DNA of 64,000 nucleotides from Scyliorhinus canicula (taxonomy: Eukaryota): assembly GCF_902713615.1 (NCBI RefSeq), contig NC_052175.1, positions 7,581,941 through 7,645,940 of the forward strand, given 5' to 3'. Both the position numbers and the translations under genes were made by a program. Below the pieces are notes generated by a model. The model was not told the origin of the DNA and ran no database searches. It saw nothing but the letters and a program-made list of their open reading frames with translations. This document shows, in pieces, positions 11,363 to 24,034 of this stretch. Within the stretch, counting starts at the first letter, position 1, and every line of letters begins with the position of its first letter.

Positions 11363-12289
11363 GAAAAGTTGCAACTGTGTGGCTGAGGTGGCTCCAATGA
11401 TTCAGATTGGAATTAAATCAATTACATATCAATTTCACTGTCAATGTAATGTAATGCTATCACCATGTATTAATTTATGATTAAATATTAACAATGTGAC
11501 TAGGACTGTCCTGATGCTATTTCCCAAGGAACAGTATAAGACCGGTCTTTCATACATGAGGCATAAAACATGCAATTAATTTTGTTCTCCTTGACAGAGC
11601 GAGCGCGATATAGAAACATCAAGAAGTGTTGGCTGTTGGTATATGAGTATACAATGGCGTGGGTGGTGGGGGCAAGAGATGTTTCCAAATTCATAATTTC
11701 TCTAGTTAATTGTTAAGTGATCCAGAGTAATGTTCTGGGACATGGATGTGACTTCCACGATGCCAGCTGGTGGAATTTAAATTTAAATTATAACTAATCA
11801 ATTTCAGACACAACCACCATTGAAAATCCACCTGCTTCGCTCATGAGCGCTGGAGACGAAAATCTGCCATTCATACAAGACATAAATGATGAGGGAAGGG
11901 AGATGACTTGCTGGAAATGGACAAGCTGATGAGATGCATGGACAGGGTGAATATCAAGAGACATATCCCCAGGGTGTAAATGGCTGTCACGAGGGGACAT
12001 CATTTTAAAGTAATTCGAGAAAGGAATAAGGGCTGCCAGAAGGCGGTTTTTTCACAGAAAGTGGTGGGTGCGTGGAATGCACTGCCATCTGGGGTGGAGG
12101 AGTTTGAGTCATTAGGGTTATTAAAGTGACTCTTGGACAGACACATGGACAGCAGTAAAATTGAAGGGGTGTAGGTTAAGGCCTGTACAGTGCTGTACCG
12201 TTCTATGTTCTGTACCTGTGACGCCTACATGTGACGACCGACGACGTTTTCCTTCTCCAATCTTTGTTTTCTTTTACGTCGTAAACCTC

Positions 12290-15200
12290 TCTACAAAGGA
12301 CAAAGAACAAAGACAATTACAGCACATGAACAGGTCGTTCGGCCCTCCAAGCCTGCGCCGATCCAGATCCTTTATCTAAAGATGTTGCCTATTTACGAAG
12401 GTCTCCATCTCTCTGTTCCCCACCCGTTCATATATCTGTCTAGATGCATCTTAAATTAGGCTATCGTACCCACCTCTACCACCTCCGCTGGCAAAGCATT
12501 CCAGGCACGCACCACCCTCTGTGTAAAAATCTTTCCACGCACATCTCCCTTAAACTTTCCCCCTCTCACCTTCAAATCGTGACCCCTTATAATTGACACC
12601 ACCACTCTTGGAAAACGATTGTTGCTATCCATCCTGTCCATACCTTATAATTTCGTAGACCTCAATCAGGTCTCCCCTCAACCTCCGTCTTTCCAACTAA
12701 AACAATCTTTTCTTCATAGTTAGCGCCCTCCATACCAGGGAATATACTGGTCAACCTCCTCTGAACCCTCTCTAAAGCATCCACATCCTTCTGGTAATGT
12801 GGCGACCAGAACTGCATGCAGTATTCCAAATGTGGCCGAACCAAAGTCCTATACAACTGTAACATGACCTGCTGACTCTTATACTCAATACCCCGTCCGA
12901 TGAAGGCAAGCATTCTGTATGCCTTCTTGACCACTCTATCAACCTGCGTTGCCACCTTCAAGGTACAATGTACATGAACTCCCAGATCTCTCTGTACATC
13001 AATTTTCCCCAGCACTCTTCCATTGACCATATAGTCTGCTCTTGAGTTAGATCTTCAAAAATGCATCACCTCGCATTTGCCTGGATTGAACTCCATCTGC
13101 CATTTCTCTGCCCAACTCTCCAATCTATCTATATTTTGCTGTATTCTCTGACAGTCCGCCTCGCTATCTGCAACTCCACCAATCTTCGTTTCATCTGCGA
13201 ACATGCTCATCAGACCACTTATACCTACATCCAGATCATTTATGTATATCACAAACAACAGTGGTCCGAGCACGGATCCATGTGGAACACCACTAGTCAC
13301 CGTTCTCCATTTTGAGACACTCCCTTCCACCACTACTCTCTGTTTACTGTTGCCCAGCTAGTTCTTTATCCATCAAGATAGTCCACCCGGAACACCATAC
13401 GACTTCACTTTTTCCATCAACCTGCCATGGGAAACTTTATCAAATGCTTTACTGAAGTCCATGTAGATCACATCTACTGCCCTACCCTCATCAAATAACT
13501 TTGTGACTTCCTCAAATAATTCTATTAGGTTTGTAAGACATGACCTTCCCTGCACAAAGCCATGCTGCCTATCACTGATACTTCTATTTTATTACAAATG
13601 TGAATAGAACATAGAACAGTAGAACATAGAACAGTACAGCACAGAACAGGCCCTTCGGCCCTCGATGTTGTGCCGAGCAATGATCACCCTACTCAAACCC
13701 ACGTATCCACCCTATACCCGTAACCCAACAACCCCCCCCCCCCCCCCTCCCTTAACCTTACTTTTTAGGACACTACGGGAAATTTAGTATGGCCAATCCA
13801 CCTAAGCCGCACATCTTTGGACTGTGGGAGGAAACCGGAGCACCCGGAGGAAACCCACGCACACACGGGGAGGACGTGCAGACTCCGCACAAACAGTGAC
13901 CCAGACGGGAATAGAACCTGGGACCCTGGAGCTGTGAAGCATCGATGCTAACCACCATGCTGCCGCGCTGAATAGATCCTATCCCTCAGTATCTTCTCCA
14001 GCAGTTTGCCTACTAGCTCACAGGTCTATAATTCTCTGGATTATCCCTGCTACCCTTCTTAAGCAAAGGGACAACATTAGCAATTCTCCAGTCCTCCGGG
14101 ACCTCACCCGTGCTCTAGGATGCTGCAAAGATATCTGTTAAGGCCCCAGCTATTCTGTCCCTCGCTTCCCTCAGTAACCTGGGATAGATCACATCCGGTC
14201 CTGGGGACTTGTCCACCTTAATGCCTTTTAGAAAACCCAAAACCTCCCCCTTCCTTATGCGACATTACCTAGAGTATTTAAACATCCATCCCTAGCCTCA
14301 ATATCCATTATGTCCCTCTCCTTGGTGAATGCCGATGCAAAGTACTCATTAAGAAGCTCACTCATTTCCTCTGACTCCACGCATAAATTCCGTCTTTCGT
14401 CTGAGTTGGCCAATCATTTCTCTAGTTACCAATTGCTCCTTATATCCGAATAAAAGGCTTTGGGATTTTCCTTAACCCTGTTAGCCAAAAATATTTCATG
14501 ACCTCTTTTAGCCTTCTTTATTGATATTCCTACTTTCCCGATATTCCTCCAAAGCTTCATCAGTTTTGAGCCGCCTCGATCTTACATATGCTTCCTTCTT
14601 CATCTGAGCTAGTCTCACAATTCCACCCGTCATCCATGGTTCCATAATCTTGCCATTCCTATCTCTCATTTTCACAGGAACATTCCTGTCCTGCACTCTG
14701 ATCAACCTTTCCTTAAAAGACCCCCACATTTCAAATGTGGATTTACCTTTAAACACCTGTTCCCAGTCCACATTCCCGAGCTCCTGCTGAATTTTGTTAT
14801 AGTTGGCCTTTCCCCAATTTAGCACTCTTCCTTTAGGACCACTCTCGTCTTTGTCCATGAGTATTCTAAAACTTTCAGAATTGTGATCGCTATTCCCAAT
14901 GTAATCGCCGACTGAAACGTCAACCACCTTGCCGGGATCATTCCCCAATACCAGGTCCAGTATGGCCCCTTCCCGAGTTGGACTATTTACATACTGCTCT
15001 AAAAAACTCTTCTGGATGCTCCTTACAAATTCTGACCCATCTACGCCTACATGAGTCTCATTCAATGTTGGGGAAGATAACATCTCCCATCACAACCAAC
15101 CTATTGCTCCTACATTGTTCTATAATCTGTCTACATATTTGTACCTCTACTTCAAGCTCGCTTTTGGGAGGCCTACAGTAAAGTCCTAACAATGTTACTG

Positions 15201-15345
15201 CACCCTTTCTATTTCTTAGCTCTGTCCATATTGCCTCAGTGCTCGAATCCTCCATCGTGCCCTCCTTTATCACAGCTGTGATATCATCTCTGACCAGTAA
15301 TGCAACTCCTCCACCCCCTTTAACCCTCTCTATCCCTCCTGAAGC
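12290..15345 (-). mobile_element. Degraded CR1 LINE
   Basis: Minus-strand endonuclease (14508-15273) and RT (12456-13555) fragments, (gaacaaa)n tail at about 12295. Confidence 0.9.
13608..13968 (-). repeat. V-SINE subfamily A inserted in CR1, with 7-bp TSD
   Basis: TGAATAG at 13601-13607 and 13969-13975. Confidence 0.9.
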
Positions 15346-15443
15346 TCTCTAAGCCCAATAAAAGCACAGTTTGAATTGAATGCCCCACACATACTACACC
15401 TTTTTTATGCAGGACCACTAAAAATAGGACCACTTTACTGTAG

Positions 15444-15783
15444 GGGCAGCACGGTAGCATGGTGGTTCGCACAAATGCTTCACAGCTCCATGGTCCCAGG
15501 TTCGATTCCCGGCTGGGTGACTGTCTGTGTGGAGTCTGCACGTCCTCCCCGTGTGTGCGTGGGTTTCCTCCGGGTTCTCCGGTTTCCTCCCACAGTCCAA
15601 AGATGTGCGGGTTAGGTGGATTGGCCATGCTAAATTGTCCGTAGTGTCCTAATAGTAAGGTTAAGGGGGGAAGTTGTTGGGTTACGGTTATAGGGTGGAT
15701 ACGTGGGTTTGAGTCGGGCTATCATTGCTCGGCAAACATCGAGGGCCGGAGAGCCTGTTCTGTGCTGTACTGTTCTATGTTCT
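15444..15783 (+). repeat. V-SINE subfamily A
   Basis: Consensus head, V-domain and tail. Confidence 0.9.
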
Positions 15784-16056
15784 AAAAATAACCCACTTCA
15801 ACAATGCAAACATATAGCACCTCACACCACCCTTGTTATTCTGACAAATCATCCAGCGATTTGGCTGACTCTTAACTGACTTCCACAACGTTCTAAGAGA
15901 ACATTATGTTCCGCTACAATAGAATAGCAAATGCTGGCCTTTACAGCGATACCCTCATCCCATGAAAGAATGAGAATAGAAGTTATGACAAATGCAGGTC
16001 AACTAAATGGTGCAGTGCAATCAGTTGCCATGAATCAATGATTCAGTTAACTTAGA

Positions 16057-16410
16057 GAACATAGAACATAGAACATAGAACAGTACAGCACAGAACAGGC
16101 CCTTCGGCCCTCAATGTTGTGCCGAGCCATGATCACCCTACTCAAACCCACGTATCCACCCTATACCCGTAACCCAACAACCCCCCCTTAACCTTACTTT
16201 TATTAGGACACTACGGGCAATTTAGCATGGCCAATCCACCTAACCCGCACATCTTTGGACTGTGGGAGGAAACCGGAGCACCCGGAGGAAACCCACGCAC
16301 ACAGGGGGAGGATGTGCAGACTCCGCACAGACAGTGACCCAAGCCGGAATCGAACCTGGGACCCTGGAGCTGTGAAGCATTTATGCTAACCACCATGCTA
16401 CCCTGCTGCC
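16057..16410 (-). repeat. V-SINE subfamily A
   Basis: Consensus on the minus strand. Confidence 0.9.
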
Positions 16411-18434
16411 CCAAATATTTTCAATATTTATATTTTCAAAACTACGTGCAATGGTGACATTCCCCATTGCCCCCACCGAGATTTTGTAAACGTGATCATT
16501 ACATGGAACTGCACTACAAAGTACAAGGGGCGTCAACGCTGCACAACATCTGGAGCTCATTCGATCAAAACTACTGCTTGCATCTAGATAATAGTTTGTA
16601 CCCTGAGCAACACAAAGGCCAGCACAGACACACTGATCTAATCGGCGTTCATCGTTATTTTCTCCCAATCTGGCAAGGTCATTAATCGTCAAAGGGAAAT
16701 TCATTTCTGTGAATTATAACTATTGACGTCGAATAAGTGATTAACTGTCTCGGATAGCTAAGCTAAGAGAGTGTGGACGAGAGCTGCATATCAACACGTA
16801 AATAACAAAGCGAAACTTGAGCATTGGATCTTATGGTCTTCTCGATGAAGGAAGAACACGTTTCTGGTTCGCAAGAGGGCATGTTGAAAGTTTTGCTTTA
16901 AATCATTTTGACGCACAGGATACCAACAGAAATGTCCAGAGTTTGATACATGACGTCAAAGACAGAACCTGACATAGTTTGATGGTATGTAATCATTGGC
17001 ATACATTGTGTATGCGTTAAGTGTTCCCACAGTAGTTTGTTTTAAAACATCAATGTCAGGATGAGCTCAGAAAAATCACACTAACTTAAAACAACACCAG
17101 TAATAGTGATTGGAAACTTTCAAGAATTTGCTTTCAAAGAGATGATTTTAGTTATTATGTGATTGAAAGATAGTCAGAAAATCTATAGAGGCGCAATTGA
17201 CTCATTATCGACGACCACACATTGTCGAGAATATGGCATTGCTTTGGGGTCAAAAACATGAAATCTATGTGTCCACTTAACAAATTGCCTGAAGCACAAT
17301 TCCACGTCGAGGCATGTGAAAACTGGTCAGGTGATTACAGACCGAAAATTGAATGCCCTCGGGAAAATCTACTACATATCAATATAATAAAGAGGACAAT
17401 GACAGCCCATTACTGGCATGAACAATTTATCATTCACTTTCCATTTTCTGGGTGATGTTACTGATGCTCTATCGGTTCGCAAGAGATTGCAATGTCAACA
17501 TCGTGTAATCACATGTCATTTTAACCAGAATCAGTGTAGACTCGGTGGGCAGAATAATCTGCGGCTGCACTGAAGGTAGTCTATCATTCTCCGATTCTAA
17601 CGACATTTACGATGTCACAAATCAGAATTATCGAGTTTGTATATCAATTGTCTGCACACAGCTATCTTCAAATGTGTTATCAATTATGTCGGGGTGTGTG
17701 TGCTTTGTCGAAGTGTTGACAGCGAATTAATGAATAAAAAGAGTCAAAGCCTCTTCTCTTCAAATATAATTTGTGGCATAAATGATATAATACCACCACT
17801 GCTGGCAGCACGCAAGTAGTGCAGGCGCTGGACTTTGTCAGTCTCGAAGTTCAGTAACTAACGAGGTGGCTACATTCCGGTCCGACTGATGACGTTTGGA
17901 TATTGAACTACATTTAACGGCTTTGGAGTTTGTAACCGGTTCTCTAGTGGTGCATTCAACCTGTTATCTACAGTTACTAAACATGAGCTCTCACATTCGT
18001 CGACCACTGAAGATATGGTCTGAAGATTATTTCAGATTGCAATGTGCACATTTCATAAAATTTGCCACATACTGTAAACCCCCTGTCAAATATTGCCAAT
18101 GTTCAATCCTGTACAGCATATCCTGTGAGATTATGTTTACATATTTCCAAGTGAATGTTATCAATTTCCCGCCTTATTCGTTGTGCTGGGAATAAATGCT
18201 GACGACAGAGACTCGAGACACACAATATTTACATTCAAGTCGGTACGCTTTTATTCACATTGTGTCAGTTCTGGAGCGCAGTGAGCACTATAACATTGGA
18301 ATTGTTATTCTGAAATCATGTGGGTTATGGTGACTGAGAGACCAATTCAGTTTTAATCCAAATGCATTACTTGCCAGTCTTGCCTCCAACCCCCCTGCCA
18401 GTTTCCCGCCAGTTATAATTCTTCAAATGCTATG

Positions 18435-18472
18435 ATTGGGTGTGATTCCCAAAATGATCCTCAGTATAAATA
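18435..18472 (+). promoter_or_regulatory. Candidate promoter: inverted CCAAT plus TATA box
   Basis: ATTGG at 18435-18439 and TATAAATA at 18465-18472, about 100 nt upstream of a GTAAGT donor. Confidence 0.35.
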
Positions 18473-21400
18473 CAATGAGGCGGTGGTGTGATCATGACGC
18501 CTTCATCCTAGCAAACTGGTCGTTACATACCTGGACACGACAACACGACGAGTAACAGCAGGATGGTGTAAGTTACCTTCCTCTTGATTCGCTTTTCCCT
18601 CTTTCTTTATTTTTGTTGTTGTCATTTTCATCCATGCACAAATCACTTTAAGTCGTGCAGGGGAAATTAGGGAAGTTACCGAAGAGAACACTGCTGGCTT
18701 TGAATTGCAGAACCAACACTTTCCGGCGCCCGAGGGATCGGTGCGACTTGGTTCGATGGTCTGGCTGGTGGCCAACGAATTCGACATAACGCCGCGTTCT
18801 GCCCGATAACGGGCTGCGATTGGGCCCTGCCTGAGTGCGAGAATTTTTAGACAGCCGGAAAAGGGTAAGGAAGTTAGAGACCTGGACTTATAGAAAATAG
18901 AGCTGCCCTCTCTCTCTCGTGTTTTCTGCAGTGAAGTTGATGCATTTCTGAAACTACAAAGACCTGAACGAATCCAAAGCGAAAACCTCGAACTGACAGC
19001 CGAAACTACATGAAGAGTCTTACCTTTTTGCACACCCAACGTTTCTCCTCTCTGTTTGTTTGCTTGCCGTGTGTGTGCTTTAGAGGCTGGAGGTGGTTTA
19101 ACGATTGGGGGTGCGGGGGTGGGGGGGGGGGTCAAGTATTAGATAATGGTTAACCTGCATTATTCACTGTATAGTTAGTCATGGAGCTTGTTATTAAGAA
19201 AGTTAACTCTTTTTGAATTTTACACACCGATGACGTTAATTATTTGGCAATCAAAGGCCAAAGTCATCGGCCTTTTTTCTCAGAATTATTTATTAATTAC
19301 AATTGTGTTTAGCCTCCGGTTCAAATGGGGATGTAAGTGTAATTGACTGAACACCATCCCAGAGGGTAGTAACAATGGTCACTGGATCATTATGGGGATA
19401 TCTACTGGGAATCGGGCTTCTAACATTCCCGAGGATGGACAATAAAGCAGAAGAACGATACAACTGTGCACACGTACCAATATATCAGGTAGTGGAGAAG
19501 AAAACTTGTTTAAAAGTCTTATGTTCGATGACTGGACATGTCAGTAGGCACGTTCCAGTATGCATCTGATAAAGCCTAAAACACTGCTGATGTATTTTTT
19601 GCACATTGCACACATTTGCCCGACAGAAATGACTCAACATTTAACCGGAAGATGACCTGCGACCACAACGAAGGAGCTGGGGCTGGGGGTGGAGTTGCGG
19701 TGGAGGGGGTGTGCTGGTTGGTGGACTGGAACCTGACGCAAGCATACCCCCTGGTGCAGTTGCGTAAGCCCAGGCTCCAACTGACGCAAGAGCAGGTGGG
19801 GATCCCCTGGCAGCTGCTGCTTTTGGACACTGAGATTGAAAATTAACGATATTTTCAAATTCTCCACTTCCTTCCTCCCCTTCCCTTCCTTCCCTCCCGT
19901 CCACCCTTCCACCTCAGTATTTACGAAATAATATGAAAACAGAACCGCTGTGTTAATATTTTTTTAATGACCGTTGTGTTAAAGTAAAACAAAGATTATT
20001 GCACAAAATTTGCAAAAGATGAGTTGGTTATTAAACTAAATGTGTTACACAGCTGCTAACGCTAAATGATGAGTTAAATGTTAACGTTATACCGAAGGTT
20101 TGCATTTATTGCATTATTTTTGTTAATAAACCTTTTCCATTAAGCTTTCCGGACGGTTCCAACTATCTTTTACCAATATCAAAACACCCAATTTGAATAT
20201 AAGATAATTGTAAAAGACTAATATAATTGAAGTAAACAAGACATAAGTATTCTAATGATGAACACAAATCACAAAGAAAAGGGTTGCCATCAAACACATC
20301 AAATCTGTGGACTGCTCCACCCAACTTCATAAAAAAATGCATAACCTAATGAGATAGAATTAGCAGTGTTGGATAGTGAGTAGATAATCCTTAATTGCTG
20401 CTGTTCCCCGTAAACATAAGGTAATTGCCCAGCAGTATCCATCTCTGAATTAGGTGGCTCCTGGCGAGAGGGCGCAGCACCATTTGTCACGATTAATTGA
20501 GAATCACTCGCATTACTGTCTTACATAATTTCGCTGGAATGGACTATTGTTCCGATGTCTCAGAAGTTCACGCAAATGCTGAGAAATGTGAATGTGTTGA
20601 GCACTGACCTCAACTAAGGCTTGAAACTGTTGGGAGACGTCATTCAAGCGTCATCTTGAGCCCTTGCACTTACCTTAAGTCGTCTCCATCACAACCCGGA
20701 GGTGATCAAAAGCCAAGTCATCAGTGACATCATCACCTGTACGATGTGGAAGTTCACATTCAGGACGACTGGGCTCTTCCAGGGACAATGCCGTAGACTC
20801 CTCGCCTCCTAAATCCGAATTTTCGTCCTCCAGCACAGTAGCCATTCCATCATAGGCCTTACTTCCTCCACCATTGGATCTCCCTGAGTCTTCCAAATGA
20901 GAAGTATGTTGAGTGCAAAGCTTCCGCGTGCTGTGAGAATGTTTCATACCCGATTGGAGATTTCTGGGAGGATTAGCTTTTCCACACCATAGAATATGAA
21001 CTAACCTTTCTGCCCCATGCAATAAGGAATCCACCTCGATATCCGTAAAGTTGTGACTTATCTACTTGATGACGAAGTATTCAGTTTCCCTCTTTTAAAT
21101 TAATACATACAGGCACTTTGTAAGTGTGCCACGTGTAAGGTTATATAATAATACAGTAGTGCTATACCTTCAAAACAAATAACAAAATCTATGTTCACTT
21201 ATAAATATTAATCAATAATAATTTTAAATAATCAAAAATAAAATTAAAACATGAACTTTAAATGAACAGTAACAATAGGACTAACTGTTTTAAAGAAAAT
21301 ACCTCAACTTACCTTAATAATCGAGAGGATAACTGTTGCGCTTTCTGACTTGTAGTGAAAACTGAACTTTAAAGTATTGACCTTAACTGCGTGTCAGACT

Positions 21401-22136
21401 GGCGCTGTCAACAGCTGGTGTGGCAAAACTCATCCAGCGCCGGACAGACTGTCCCGATGAAGGTCCACGGCTGCTGCTCACATCAGAAGTTAGGCTGTTT
21501 GTTTTAACGGAGGTAATTATTACTTTTTTTCTCTTAGTTTAGGCGACATTGGTTTTCCTCCAGTCAACGCAAGTTATGAGTCTCCATCGCTCCATGACAC
21601 ATTTAATGCTGAATGATCAGAAAGATAGATTCATAGAACATAGAACAGTACAGCACAGAACAGGCCCTTCGGCCCTCGATGTTGTGCCGAACAATGATCA
21701 CCCCACTTAAACCCACCATTCGTGTTCCCTCATAATAAATGAACTGATACGAGACTTTCTTAGACAACACGCTTTTTGAATTTTGTTGCATTAAAAAATG
21801 CTGAACTGGAAATCCTTTATCTGATTATGTTGGTTAACACTGCTCAGTTTGCCTTTTATTAGTATTGCACCCAAATACGACAGGAACATTGACACAGGAA
21901 AAGGGCATTCAACCTGTTATTCGCGGTTGCTCTCCAATTGAATCAGATAATGTCTGACCTGTTGCTTCGATCCATCTATCTGTCTAACACTCAATGCACG
22001 CAGCCAATAATAACCTACAATCGCAGTTGTCAACAGTTTCTATTGACCAGCAGACTCGGGGGACAATGTTACAGATTGTCAGTCAGCATTTTCTGAAGAA
22101 GTATGCGAAAATCACGCTTGAATTAGAATTAAAATT

Positions 22137-22457
22137 AGAACAGAACAGGCCCTTCGGCCCTCAATGTTGTGCCGAGCAATGATCACCCTACTCAAGCCCA
22201 CGTGTCCATCCTATACCAGTAACCCAACAACCCCCATTAACATTATTTTTTAGGACATTAAGGGCAATTTAGCCTGGTCAATCCACCTAACCCGCACATC
22301 TTTGGACTGTGGGAGGAAACCGGAGCACCCGGAGGAAACCCACGCACACAGGGGGAGGACGCGCAGACTCCGCACAGACAGTGCCCCAGCCAGGAATCGA
22401 ACCTGGGACCCTGGAGCTGTGAAGCATTGATGCTAACCACCATGCTACCATGCTGCC
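22137..22457 (-). repeat. V-SINE subfamily A (a further 3' fragment lies at about 21630-21715)
   Basis: Consensus on the minus strand. Confidence 0.88.
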
Positions 22458-23740
22458 CTATGGTCTGGCTATACTTTTCTGGTTTTGCCCCTTGTTCTGA
22501 ACGGCACCCTTTTATGATCTGGGAGGAGACTGCCACCCACCCAAGTCAAATCCCAAACATAAACCTGACAAGCTGTCACAGCTGGTCCCTATTTGCGTGT
22601 CTCTTCATGATAGAAACGTAGAAGCATTGAATATAGGAGTAGTGGAGTGCCATTCGGCCAATCAAGCCTGCTCCGACATTCATTATTATGATATTCCAAC
22701 AATAGCCTCATCCTGCTTTCCCCCTTATCAGGTGCAAACATTTTCAGGAGCAGTTTTTGAGACCGTAAATATAATGGAATACCGTGAGTTAAAATAACAC
22801 ATAAAAGTTACATTTACACAATAGTCCTCAAGATTATTTGCCAAAATTATTATTGCTTGGTTTCGCTCAAAAATAAGCATGTCTTCAGATGGGAGACCCT
22901 GCAGATATTTAATGTATGTAATAATTCCTGTAATATTATCATGGTGTAGGGAAGTCATGACCCAGCGATTCTCACTCCCAATCTTCTGTGGAAAATTCCA
23001 AATGCGTCAAAACAAGACATGTATTTCAAAAAATATTGTTAGCATTATGGCGAACAATTGTTTTAGCACAGTTCAGTTGTCTTTTGAGTGTTTTTGATGC
23101 TTTCAACTGAATGCACAATTTCTGAGCCTGACTGCAATGTGTACCTTTGGATATCTGATAGAAAACAGTTGACTTCTCGTCTTTCAATGTCTGCTTATTG
23201 TTCATTTTTTCCAATGCGACAACATTCAAGAAGCGTGTCGTCGTGCATACGGCCTGGAATGTCTGAGACCGTCTCTTATCAGTTCATTTATTATGAGGGA
23301 AACAGGAATCTGCCTTTCTCATCATTGGCAACCTGTTCGAATATTGATCATAAAATACTAAACTTAAGAACCGTACGATTATTATTAGTCAACATATTAG
23401 TGCAGAGAGATAGACTACGTGGTGGGTAGGTCGGCGTCCCGGTGTCTAGTACTGTCATGGACGGGTACTGCACAGTGCCAGGCAAATGCGTCAGGAAATG
23501 GATCGTCAGCCGGAAGATGGTGGAATTCTAATTCAGGTTAAATAAAAAATCAGAATCACATTTTCAATCAATCATAGATCTGAAATAATTCGAAATAAAA
23601 ACAGGTCAGTGACACTTACATCATTTTCGATTGTGTAAATACAAATCTTACGATACCACCTTCAAGATACGGTGACCGCAATGCACTGATGCCAATTTTC
23701 CCCGCAACAGCCAATCAGGAGTTCCACTCTACTGCACTCT

Positions 23741-23926
23741 GAAATGAAATGAATGAAAATCGCTTATTGTCCCAAGTAGCCTTCAATGAAGTTACTGTGA
23801 AAAGCCCCTAGTCGCCACATTCCGGCCCCTGTTCGTGGAGGGTGTTACGGGAATAGTACCGTGCTGCTAACCTGCCTTGGTCTACTTTCAGAGCGAGCGA
23901 TTTAGCCCAGTGTGCTAAACAGCCCC
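23741..23926 (-). repeat. Second tRNA-derived SINE family with (TTTCA)n tail
   Basis: Minus-strand head ggggctgtttagcacactgggctaaatcgct and tail ttttcattcatttcatttc. Unrelated to the V-SINE body. Confidence 0.7.
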
Positions 23927-24034
23927 TACCGATGCTTGCCTTCACTTGAACACGGAGAATGTCTTGCTCAGGTACACGTTCTGGATGCAGTGACCGCAAT
24001 GCACTGATGTAAAGTTTTCCCGCAACAGCTAATC

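Noticed and set aside
16381-16704. Cys-rich ORFs on both strands in unique sequence
   Set aside because: No Ig or other motif pattern, and no consistent splice pair.
18503-19135. 210-aa minus-strand ORF
   Set aside because: Low-complexity start in a G-run, no recognisable domain, and it overlaps better-supported plus-strand promoter and splice signals.
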